Shown in pieces: positions 19,629-28,683 of a DNA stretch of 64,000 nucleotides (position 1 is the stretch's first letter; each line of letters starts with the position of its first letter). The notes under the pieces were generated by a model that had not been told where the DNA came from, did no database searches, and saw only the letters and a program-made list of their open reading frames with translations. Location: positions 2,464,001-2,528,000 of the forward strand of contig CAUVXB020000002.1 of assembly GCA_963555825.3 (NCBI GenBank), given 5' to 3'. The translations under genes were made by a program, and so were the position numbers. The DNA comes from Alphaproteobacteria bacterium (GTDB lineage Bacteria; Pseudomonadota; Alphaproteobacteria; JAAXGF01).

Positions 19629-20038
19629 TCTCAAGTTCTTTGTACAGTAGTGTGTGGACGGCGGGCGCCATAGCGTCCACATCGAGTGATGTAGCCAAGT
19701 GGAGCCATACACTTTACTCCGGTAACTTTTTGGAAGCGACATCGCTCGAAAAGATGTTAATTTTCAAGAGCAAACGAATTGGACAAGGTAGAGTCCCGAT
19801 GGGGATGGGGGTATGGGAACTGTCAGTTGAAGATGAAGTGGCATGGGGTCATGGTAGTTTGTTAGGTCACTTTGTTTCAGCGATGTTCTATTTACCTAAG
19901 TTTGATCTCAGTATCGCGTATTCCTCCAGCGGAGAAGATGTATCTAAGCAGTCAGCTCCCGGCAGTTACTTGGTGAGAGCGTATCTCGATAGTCGGCCCG
20001 GAAACACTCCGCCGTGTCTTGATCCCGCAGATGAGTGA
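19629..20038 (+). pseudogene. C-terminal fragment of a beta-lactamase-family serine hydrolase, truncated by IS3; low GC
   Basis: WTAGAIASTSSDVAKWSHTLYSG..MGMG..AWGHGS..SAMFYLP; frame begins at the IS end; AT-richer than host. Confidence 0.65.
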
Positions 20039-20459
20039 TTCGGCGCGTATTTGCATGGCAAGTTGAGTGTCTGCTCTGAAGAGCTACCATCGATGAGGAG
20101 CGGCAGGTTATGGCCGATTCCGGTCCGTTCAAAATCGTCGGCTGGATGTCGGATGACTTCTCCTCTTGGCTAAAAGCCGACCAAATAGCTGCACCAGAAC
20201 GACGGCCGCTTTCAGGCGACAAGCCGACATGCGAGTCCGCTTGGTGCGATCCGGGACGCCCTCCATCGTCCCGCCCGGCCGGATCGCGCCCAGACGATCG
20301 CGTGAAGCCCCGACCGAAGGAACATCCAGTCCGGATCGCCGGCGGCCGATCGACGTCATCCCGGACCGGACAGGGGTTGACCTGCTGGCAACGACGCCGC
20401 TGTTGTGGTGTGATCGATCGTTGACCAAGATCGACGCGCAACTCTCCGGCGGGCGGTCC

Positions 20460-21668
20460 ATGGAAAACTATCTCAATTCACTGTTGAGCGGGCCGGTGCC
20501 CAGGGAATTGTCATTCCCACCCGAGGAATATGCCGCTCGACTGGCGCGGGTGCGCGAAAAGATGGCGGCGAGCGAGATCGATGTGCTGCTCGTGCACAGC
20601 GCCGTCGATCTTTGTTACCTGACGGGCTATCAGACTCTGTGGCCGGACGCCTATGCCTGCCTCATCGTGCCGCTAGCCGAGCCGCCTTTCATGCAGGTCG
20701 GCGAGATCGAAGCGTCATGCGCGGTGCTGCACGGAGAAATTCAGGATCTTGTGCTGTTTGATTGGGTTGGTGCAGATGCGGTGCCAGGCCAGCTCGCCGA
20801 GCTGCTGGCCGACCGGGGGTTTGCACGGAGCCGGATCGGCGTGCAAGCCGGCCGCATCGAAATGGGCAGTCGTGGTCCCCTCGACGCCAAGCTGTTGGAC
20901 ACCTTGCGCGCGAAACTGGACGATGCGCGTTTCGTGGATGCCACGCTGTTGCTGTTCGATGTGCGGGTCACGAAATCACCTGCCGAACTCGAGCGGATGC
21001 GCGCGGCAGCAAGAATCACCACGGCCGGAATGCGTGCCGCTGTCGACGCCATCGAGCCGGGAAAAACCGAGAACGACGTCGCCGCCTTGGCCGCCAAGGT
21101 CATGATCGAGCGGGGATCAGAGTTCTTCTCGATCGATCCAATCGTCAATGCCGGACACCGTACCGGCTATTTCCACACGACCTTCAAACGCCACCCGATT
21201 TCCGCCGGTGATCCGGTACAGCTTGAATTCGGCGGTTGTTTCCACCGCTACACGGCACCCCTGATGCGGACCGTATTGACCGGCCAACCGAGCGACCTTC
21301 AGCAACGCATGATCGATACCCAGCTCGCGGCTCTTGAAACGCTCTACGGCGCCGTTCGCGCCGGCCGCAGCACACGAGACGTTGCGCATGAGGTTGATGC
21401 TGTGATCGGTTCACTAGATCGCGAAATCTTTCGGTCCGGCCATTTCGGCTATTCGATCGGGCTGGGATTTCCGCCGACCTGGACCGATGGTCCGGCCTAC
21501 CTCTCCGATACAAGGGATTTGGAACTTGCTGTCGGCATGACATTCCACACGCCATTCGCCTGGCGTATCTCCAAGCAATTCGTAATCGGCACGAGCGAAT
21601 CCATTGCCGTCGGCGAAACGGGCTGCGAAATCCTCACCAGCGAAGAGCGTGAGGTTGTCGTCAAGTGA
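20460..21668 (+). CDS. M24 (Xaa-Pro peptidase/creatinase-like) family hydrolase
   Basis: FPPEEYAARL, YLTGY, KSPAELERMRAAA, HRYTAPLMRT, GYSIGLGFPP. Confidence 0.88.
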   Translation: MENYLNSLLSGPVPRELSFPPEEYAARLARVREKMAASEIDVLLVHSAVDLCYLTGYQTLWPDAYACLIVPLAEPPFMQVGEIEASCAVLHGEIQDLVLFDWVGADAVPGQLAELLADRGFARSRIGVQAGRIEMGSRGPLDAKLLDTLRAKLDDARFVDATLLLFDVRVTKSPAELERMRAAARITTAGMRAAVDAIEPGKTENDVAALAAKVMIERGSEFFSIDPIVNAGHRTGYFHTTFKRHPISAGDPVQLEFGGCFHRYTAPLMRTVLTGQPSDLQQRMIDTQLAALETLYGAVRAGRSTRDVAHEVDAVIGSLDREIFRSGHFGYSIGLGFPPTWTDGPAYLSDTRDLELAVGMTFHTPFAWRISKQFVIGTSESIAVGETGCEILTSEEREVVVK

Positions 21669-21751
21669 ACGAGCGTTCGGATGACAAGCCGAAGTACGAG
21701 ACCGCTTAGTGCTTTCAAGCCACGTCGAATCGGGAGCCGCGACACGCCCAA

Positions 21752-21909
21752 GCGCGCCGCCCCACTGAATCGCACACCGGAGATATCGTAAATTCCCAGC
21801 CAAATGATCGACCAGTCCGGAGACGCGCGCCCATGCTCTATGTCATCTCCTGCACCGACAAGCCGGACCACGGCCATGTGCGGCGGGAAAACCGCCCCGC
21901 GCATCTCGA
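21752..21909 (+). pseudogene. Relic duplicate of the yciI upstream region and first ~26 codons
   Basis: 21833-21909 closely matches 30468-30544 (MLYVISCTDKPDHG.VR.ENRPAHLD); the upstream sequence is also similar. Confidence 0.85.
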
Positions 21910-21937
21910 TAAGCTAAATGGGTTGTTTGACGCGAGC

Positions 21938-22744
21938 CTATGCTTCGGGCTTCCGCCCCCAAGCAGCGACGACGGCCATGTCGGCGAACCGGAATGAGGG
22001 GTCGTTGAATGCCTGAATTTGCTTCTCGAAGTCGGCCTCCGGAATGCCGGCGCCGCGGAGAAATTCATCATCCTGAAACGACCTGAGCAGCGTTTCCCAA
22101 TATCTTCCGATGTCGCCACCGCCCTCCCGGACCCAGTTTTTTTCTTCGTGGTCGAAGTCGCTCAATTCCAATCGCTTCACGAGAGCCGGAAGCTTGCGGC
22201 CGATCAACGGATCGAGTTGCAGCGAAGCGACATAAAATGCCAATTCCTTGCGAAAAGTCGCGTCGAAGACCGCAGAGAGGGCATGGTCATGATCGACGGC
22301 GGCAAAATTGGCGTAGTCGCCATCCTCGACGAGCAGCCAACCGCCGGGCTTGATCGCGGCAACCATTTTCGCGAGAGCGCGTTCGGGGCTGGATACATGC
22401 ATCAATAGAAAGCGCGCGTGGACGAGGTCGTAGTTGTCGGCCTCGATTTCGTCTTCGAGGATGTCCAGCTGGCGAATTTCTACGTTCGGCAGGTCGAGAG
22501 CGCGGAGAAACCGTGTATCCATGTCGGCCGCCACCACGGTACCCTTCGCGCCGACCCGCTCGGCCATCCAACGGGCCACCGAGCCGCCCCCGGCACCAAC
22601 CTCCAGGCAACGCCAACCTTCAGAAATACCGAGCCGCGTAAGCCACGAAATCGTCGCCGGATCATTGAGGCTTTCCAGGATGTCGAGACGCCCGCGTTCC
22701 GGTTCGAACGCGACATCCGCCAGCGCATACCCGTCGCTCGTCAT
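21938..22744 (-). CDS. Class I SAM-dependent methyltransferase
   Basis: CLEVGAGGGS, YDLVHARFLLMH, KPGGWLLVED. Confidence 0.92.
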   Translation of the reverse strand: MTSDGYALADVAFEPERGRLDILESLNDPATISWLTRLGISEGWRCLEVGAGGGSVARWMAERVGAKGTVVAADMDTRFLRALDLPNVEIRQLDILEDEIEADNYDLVHARFLLMHVSSPERALAKMVAAIKPGGWLLVEDGDYANFAAVDHDHALSAVFDATFRKELAFYVASLQLDPLIGRKLPALVKRLELSDFDHEEKNWVREGGGDIGRYWETLLRSFQDDEFLRGAGIPEADFEKQIQAFNDPSFRFADMAVVAAWGRKPEA

Positions 22745-22823
22745 CGGTTTCTCCTGCCTCGATCCAAAAATAGACAACCGGCCTATTCACACCGCCAGCC
22801 CTGCCTTGCGAAACGCGACCACG

Positions 22824-22929
22824 ACGTCCTCGGCATCGCCCACGCGTCGCGCGATGACCTCGGGGCATAGCGCGCCTGTGCCGATCAGGCCCATCGGCCC
22901 GTGCTGTTCGGTCGAGCCGATCGGCACGA
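22824..22929 (-). pseudogene. Relic duplicate of the 5' part of the creatininase-family gene
   Basis: Colinear with 17772-17877, including a 43-bp identical stretch encoding [14 protein letters not shown]. Confidence 0.85.
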
Positions 22930-23040
22930 CGAGCTATCATCGGGTGACACAACCCATATATCGCGACATGCGCTACCGTTGGCAGCGCTACCGGGACCAA
23001 CTCGCGCCAGTCGTGTAACCGGCCAGCATGAACCGGTTGG

Positions 23041-24099
23041 TCAAGCGAACTCCGTTCTGAGAATTCGCGCCGCGGCAACCTCGACCTTCAGCTTCTCGTA
23101 AACCTCGTCCATGTCGACCGGGGCTCCGGATCCGGGCGAGAAGCCGCAATCCGGGTTGAGGGTAATCCGCTCGACGGCGATGCGCCGCGTCGCCGCTTTG
23201 ATCCGCTCGACGACCTCGTCGATGTCATCGACCCTGCCCGGGGTCACATCGACGCAACCGAGGCCGACTTCCAGATCCTCCCGAAGCGCCTCCAAGACAC
23301 CGAACTCGCCCGCCCCGGGGGTCGTGAACTCCATGGTCAGATGGTGCACCTTCAGCCGGTTAAGCTGGCCTATGATGGGCTCGTAGCCGCCGGTATGGCG
23401 GCGCTCTCCGCGCGCCCGGGCGCCGGCGCGCCGGCACAGGTGCAAGGCCAGATGGACGTCCTCGATGCCGTCGATCATCTGGTTGACCATGTCGACGGCG
23501 AAGTCGGCCGCCTGGTCGGGGTCCTCGTATTGGGCGCGAACGTCCGGATCGACGAACAGACAAAGATGCGGGTCGTCCACCTGGATGATATCGGCGCCGG
23601 CGTCCCGAATCAGTTCGACCTCGCGCCGCAGGATGGGGACGCAAGCCGCGACGAATGCCTCGCGGGTGGGATAGGCCGCCGCCGATTTTTCGGCATCCCA
23701 CAACCGCTCACCCAAAAGAGCGGGGGCAGGCAGGGTTGCCTTCACCTTGCGATCGGTAATGCCGCGCAGGAAACGGATCTCCTCGGCGATGAAACCGGGG
23801 GCCCTGGGCTCCAGGCGGCCGGTCACCACGGTTTGGGTTCGACCGTCGGGAAAGCGGCCGATCTCGAAGCCATGGGCGAGCTCGGCGATCACCCCGATAT
23901 AGGATGCGCGCCGCCACTCCCCGTCCGTGACCACGTCCAATCCGGCCCGTTCCTGAAGCGCGACAACGTAGCGCACGGCCGCGTCCATGCGCTGCCTCGT
24001 GGCTTCGGGATCCGTATCGCCTTGGTCCGCGACGAGGTCGCGCACGAAGTCGGAACGCGGCATCGAGCCGACGACCGAGGCGGGAAAGAGGAGGGTCAT
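23041..24099 (-). CDS. Cobalamin-independent methionine synthase II family protein (single-barrel MetE-like)
   Basis: VVGSMPR, GLDVVTDGEWRR, IQVDDP, HLC and NPDCG Zn-ligand motifs. Confidence 0.9.
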   Translation of the reverse strand: MTLLFPASVVGSMPRSDFVRDLVADQGDTDPEATRQRMDAAVRYVVALQERAGLDVVTDGEWRRASYIGVIAELAHGFEIGRFPDGRTQTVVTGRLEPRAPGFIAEEIRFLRGITDRKVKATLPAPALLGERLWDAEKSAAAYPTREAFVAACVPILRREVELIRDAGADIIQVDDPHLCLFVDPDVRAQYEDPDQAADFAVDMVNQMIDGIEDVHLALHLCRRAGARARGERRHTGGYEPIIGQLNRLKVHHLTMEFTTPGAGEFGVLEALREDLEVGLGCVDVTPGRVDDIDEVVERIKAATRRIAVERITLNPDCGFSPGSGAPVDMDEVYEKLKVEVAAARILRTEFA

Positions 24100-24666
24100 T
24101 GCGGCGGCCTCCAGAATCGGTTCGCCAGCTCGAGGTCCTGATGTGTGTCGATCTCGCGGTAATGGCCATGGGTATCGACGTGGCTGATGGCGACCCCGTT
24201 TTCGATCATCTCGTCGAACAGATGGATCATCATGGCATCCTCGAAGATGCGCCCCTCGCGGAACTCCCGGCCCGAAAAGCGCTCCCGGCAACGGTGATAA
24301 TGCTCGCGAAGCAACCGCGCCCCGTCGGTCGAGAACTTCGCCACGCCGACGAACTCGCCGTAGGCGTCGGCAGCATCGATGGTCCGGCTCACTTTCCTGA
24401 CCAGGCCGTCCTTCACGGTCAGCTTCTCGGCGTCGCTGGGCGGATGCTGCGAGCGATACTGGTAGTGCGACACCCAGTCCGTGTCAGTCCCAAGGGCGAT
24501 GTCCGCCGTCGCGTCGACGAGGTCACGGATTAACTGGGGCGTGTAGAGGATATCGCAGTAGGAGGTGATGAATGACCGGTCCATCAAGTCCTCCGCATAC
24601 ATCAGCGGTAAGCGTTCGTTCAGGCCGTGGAATCAGCGCGGGCGTTTCCATTCGCCCCGGCCGATT

Positions 24667-25549
24667 TTAGCGATTGAGGGTGCGTTTCCAATCCCGTCGC
24701 AGGGGCCGGAGCCAGACATTCTTTTTAGGCTTGTCGGACTGCCTGTCCCGGTCGTAGCGCCCGCGCCCCTGGGTGGTCCCGACGCGGGTCCAGCCGGAGG
24801 CCTTGTAAACGGCGCCGGTGTAGCGCGGGGTCTCGACGAAGGTCTCGATGAGCACGGGCGTGGTGTTGTAGCGCTCGGTCCAGTCATCGGGCAGGCGCCG
24901 GCGGATGATGGCCAGGATGTGCGAACCCAGGTTGGGGATATTGATCCAGGGCAGGATCAGGAATCTCGGGTTGTCGACCACGAAGGGAAGGTTCTTCTCG
25001 CGCAGTCTGCCGTGTCCATCCGATGAAGTTGTCGCGCGGGGCGAGCTTCCACGCGGCGGTGGAGAAGCCGAGCATGGCGAGCGGCCAGCCGTCGCGGTCG
25101 TGGACGGCGTAGCGCATCTGGGCGCCGACCAGGGTCTTGTATCCGAGATAGTGGTAGCGGGCGACGAACTCGTTCCAGAGCTTGCTCTCCCGGGTGCCGC
25201 GCACGACGGGGCGCAGGTCGAGCGGACGGACCTCGTCGAGGGTCGTCGGGGCCGGGAACAGCGGCGCTTCGGTGTCCGGTCCGAAGACGATCGGCCCGGG
25301 CCGGTTCTGCCGTCCCTGCGGCGCCGGCAGGGCGATCAGGCCGTCCCTGTGCATGGCCAGCATGGCGACCCTGGCCATCATGTCCTTGAGGCCGCCGTCG
25401 GGCTTGAACCAGCCGATGCGCCGGCAGAACTCCTTCGACAGCATATGGCGGTTCAACGGCGGCGGCCCGGCGATCAGCGCGCGCAGCAGCGCCATTTCCC
25501 CGGCGGTGAAGTCGCGGCCGTAATAACGGCACTCGATCGCGCCGGTCAC
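24667..25549 (-). pseudogene. DUF4338 (Druantia DruA-like) protein inside IS66, single frameshift at ~25010
   Basis: RYYGRDF..WNEFVARYHYLGY..GAQMRY..RDNFIGW, then in another frame VVDNPRFLILPW..NLGSHIL..LIETFVE..YKASGW..GTTQGRG; GTGA overlap with the transposase stop. Confidence 0.8.
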
Positions 25550-28209
25550 GCCGGCGCCATGAGTTCGCGCCTGCGCTCCTCGCTCATCGACCATGGCAGC
25601 CACGGCGACAGGTCGTCCGGTGGTTTGCGATCGTTCTCCGCGCACGCTGCGAGCCACGTGTCCAGCCAGCTCAGGATGTCGATGCCATTCATCGAGAGCG
25701 TGCCCACCACCGAGTACATGATCGCCGTGAACCTGGCGCCGTCCTCGCTGTCGGAACCGAACGACAGCCGTCGCCCTATGGCCGGACCTCGTAACAATCT
25801 TTCGGCGCGATTGTTATCCAGAGGCACCTGCGGGCGGTCGACGAACACGCTCAGCCCTTCGCGATGATTCAGCAGCGAGCGCAGCGCCCTGCCCTGGCGC
25901 GCCTGGTCCGGCAGGCCGACCAACTCCCGGGCGGCCTCCGCGAACAGGCCGTCGAGCGCCGCCTTCAACGCGCCCTGCGCCGCGTCGAACGCTGGCGTCT
26001 GGCGCTTGATCACGGGGTCGTAATGAGCCAACCTCGCCTCGTTCAGGCGGTAGATCGACGCGATCCGCTCGATCCATCCCTGGCACCAGTCCGTCAGTCT
26101 CACCTGGCCGGCCGCGCACTCGACAAAATCGCGGCGCATATGGGACCAACAGAATGCAAGGGTCACTTTGCCCTCGCGAAGGCGAGCGAGTCGCTTGTAG
26201 GCGCTATAGCGATCGCAGACGATGACCGTGTCGAGGAGAGCGTCGCCGAACAGCTTCTGCGCCGCCTCGGCGCTGCGCGAGGGGTCGATATGGAAAGAGA
26301 CCGCGTCATTGCTGACCGAGACCCACAGCCAGGCGCGGCTCGAGCGGTCTTCCCCGCGAAGTTCCTGGACGCGCCAGCTGGTCTCGTCGGCATGGCGCAG
26401 CGCCGCCTTGTTCTGGTGCGCAAGGATCGCCTCGGCCAGCGGCTCGAGCAGCGGCACGAACCGCTTCAGGCTGTCGGCCAGCGTCCCCGGCGAGACCGTC
26501 AGCCCTTGGGCGGACATCCACGCGGCAACGCGGTGCACGGGGCGGAAGCAGGCACAGTGCTCGAACAGGAAGCGTGCCCAGAAGCTGGTCCCGTAGAGCG
26601 TCCTGGGGAACAGCCGCGGCACCGGGGGCGCCGACACTTCCATGGGCGACGACGCGCACTCGCAGGTCCGGCGCCAGCGCGGACGGCGGATCACGCGCTT
26701 GTAGGCCTTGACCTCGATCTCGACGAGGGTGGATTCCTCGGCGCCGTTCGGCGCATAGGGCTGCCCGCACCGGCCGCAGACGCACGCATCCGGCGGCGGG
26801 TTGTGCTCTTCGGTGCGCTCATCGAGCCCGGGCCGCTGGGTGCGGCCGTGGCCGGGCGCGCCGCGCTGCTGGCCGCGCTTGTGTTCCGAGCCCGGCTTGT
26901 CCTGCTGCTCGCTCTTGCGGCCGTAGAGCGCCCTCGACAGCACCGCCCCGGTCGCACGAAGCCTCTCAAGCTGGACTTCCAGCGTCTCGATCCGGTTCCG
27001 CGACGTCTTCGCGCCCTTGCGCAGGCGGGCGTTCTCCCGGGACAGCGACTTGATCGTAGCCTTCTGGCGCCGCGACCTTCGCAGAGCCCTGCGGAGATCG
27101 GCGTCTGCAACGGACAGCGACTTCGACAACGTCTTCCTGACCGCTCGAAGCCCGGCAAGCTCGGCCTCGAGTGCCTTCCTGATCGCGCGAAGCTTGGCAG
27201 GCTGAACCTCCAGCGCCGCTTTCCGGGTCTCCAACTTCCGCATGGTCCTGCGCAGACGGCCGTTGTCCTTGCGCAGCGCCTCGATCGTCGTCTTCTGGCG
27301 CCGCGATCGCCTCAACGCCGCGCGCAGTTGAGCAGCCTCGTCGGACGGCAGCTTCGACAGCGTCGCCCCGGCCGCCCGAAGCTTGGCGAGCCGGGCCTTC
27401 AACTTCTCCTTACCGGCTTTGGACACCTCCAGGGCATGGCGCAGCCAGAAAACCTCGTCGGACAGCGACCGGGCGCGGGCCTCGGCGTCGCCCAGTATCC
27501 TCACCTCCCGGTGGAGCCGAAGGGACTCGCTGGACAGCTTCTTCGCGGTCTCCCTGATGCGCTCCGTCCTCTCCTTCTCCTGGTCGAGGCGCGTGTTCAG
27601 CCGGGCGTTCTCCTTGTCCCGCCGGACCACCTCCTTGTCGAGCCGGCGGAGTTCCGTGCGAAGCGACCTGACGGTCTCCTTCTGGTCCGGGGAAGGCTCC
27701 AGGACGGTGCGCCGCCGGGGCGGAGCAGGCCACGGCCCGGTCGCGCCCTCACGGGCCTTCGATGCCGCCAGGGCCTTGCGCAGCCGGGCGTTCTCCTTGC
27801 GCAGCGCCCCGGCCGTATCGAAGGCCGACGCGATGCCGGCTTCAGAAAGGAGCGTCTCCAGGCGCGCCACTTCCGCCTGCAAGGACGGCACGTCCCTTGC
27901 CGTGCGGCGGGCTTCCTTCGTCTCTTCGACGGCCTCACTCAGCCTGCGCCGGCAGGCCTTGAACCGAGACTTCCACGAACCGCCATCGCTGCGGGCGGCC
28001 ACTTCCGCCCAGCGCAGCTCTTCCGCGCGCGCTTCGGCCGCGTCCGCCCGCGCCCGTTCCCGCTCACACTGTGACCGCCAGTCGCGCGGCGCGTGCTCCG
28101 GCGCCGACACGGGGGACAACCGGACCCCGCCATTACCCTCGACCAGCGTCAGGTTGGTGCCAAAATCCTCGTCCAGAACCACCATGCGCACGACGATAGC
28201 GCATGGCAA
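25546..28209 (-). CDS. IS66 TnpC-type DDE transposase with a long N-terminal coiled-coil extension
   Basis: YGRKSE, Zn-finger CVCGRCG..CEC, HADETSW, CDRYSAY, CWSHMRRDF, PLDNNRAERLLR; start codon uncertain. Confidence 0.92.
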   Translation of the reverse strand: MPCAIVVRMVVLDEDFGTNLTLVEGNGGVRLSPVSAPEHAPRDWRSQCERERARADAAEARAEELRWAEVAARSDGGSWKSRFKACRRRLSEAVEETKEARRTARDVPSLQAEVARLETLLSEAGIASAFDTAGALRKENARLRKALAASKAREGATGPWPAPPRRRTVLEPSPDQKETVRSLRTELRRLDKEVVRRDKENARLNTRLDQEKERTERIRETAKKLSSESLRLHREVRILGDAEARARSLSDEVFWLRHALEVSKAGKEKLKARLAKLRAAGATLSKLPSDEAAQLRAALRRSRRQKTTIEALRKDNGRLRRTMRKLETRKAALEVQPAKLRAIRKALEAELAGLRAVRKTLSKSLSVADADLRRALRRSRRQKATIKSLSRENARLRKGAKTSRNRIETLEVQLERLRATGAVLSRALYGRKSEQQDKPGSEHKRGQQRGAPGHGRTQRPGLDERTEEHNPPPDACVCGRCGQPYAPNGAEESTLVEIEVKAYKRVIRRPRWRRTCECASSPMEVSAPPVPRLFPRTLYGTSFWARFLFEHCACFRPVHRVAAWMSAQGLTVSPGTLADSLKRFVPLLEPLAEAILAHQNKAALRHADETSWRVQELRGEDRSSRAWLWVSVSNDAVSFHIDPSRSAEAAQKLFGDALLDTVIVCDRYSAYKRLARLREGKVTLAFCWSHMRRDFVECAAGQVRLTDWCQGWIERIASIYRLNEARLAHYDPVIKRQTPAFDAAQGALKAALDGLFAEAARELVGLPDQARQGRALRSLLNHREGLSVFVDRPQVPLDNNRAERLLRGPAIGRRLSFGSDSEDGARFTAIMYSVVGTLSMNGIDILSWLDTWLAACAENDRKPPDDLSPWLPWSMSEERRRELMAPA

Positions 28210-28683
28210 ATCGCGTTACCAGCAGAAAGACAGCACCTTGTGGGGCCTCGCCTCAACGTGGGAGATGCGCTTGACGGGACCCATTCCACGGCCTGAACGA
28301 ACGCTTACCATCAGCGAGACCAGGATATTGTTGTTCGCCCAATCCCCGTTGCGGCGAAAGGTGAATTGGGGATAGGTCTCGCGCACCACGTGCCCGTTGA
28401 AACCCTCGATGAAGCAGACGTCGTCGATCCCGGCGCCGGCGAAGGCCTCGAGGATCCAGTCCAGAATACGCTTGCCTTGAATTTCGGTGAAGCTCTTATG
28501 CGAGTCGTCGGTGAGCGGGCGGAGACGTTGGCCGCGGCCGGCGCCTATGATGATGGCCCGCATTCTCGGCTATCCGTTTGCCTCGGCTTTTTGCACGATG
28601 CGCAGTCTAAATGTCGATAGGAACATTGTCACGGCTGGAGTCCGGCTACCGGCCGCGCTGTAACCCATCCCCCTAACGAAGGT

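Larger units (their letters stand above)
24608..28308 (-). mobile_element. IS66-family element (3701 bp) carrying a passenger gene
   Basis: Perfect 26-bp TIR GTAAGCGTTCGTTCAGGCCGTGGAAT; 8-bp TSD CATCAGCG (24600-24607, 28309-28316). Confidence 0.95.
24096..28563 (-). pseudogene. Phosphocholine cytidylyltransferase-like NTP transferase interrupted by IS66 (5' part 28309-28563, 3' part 24096-24607)
   Basis: MRAIIIGAGRGQRL..NNNILVSLM|YAEDLMDRSFITSYCDILY..YREIDTHQDL joins in frame across the CATCAGCG duplication. Confidence 0.9.

Noticed and set aside
24667-25549. Complete Druantia defence system
   Set aside because: Only a DruA-like gene is present; there is no DruE helicase or other dru gene.
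28564-28683. Cobalamin or SAM riboswitch upstream of the NTP transferase/MetE-like pair
   Set aside because: No recognisable conserved riboswitch motifs by eye; an Rfam scan would be needed.
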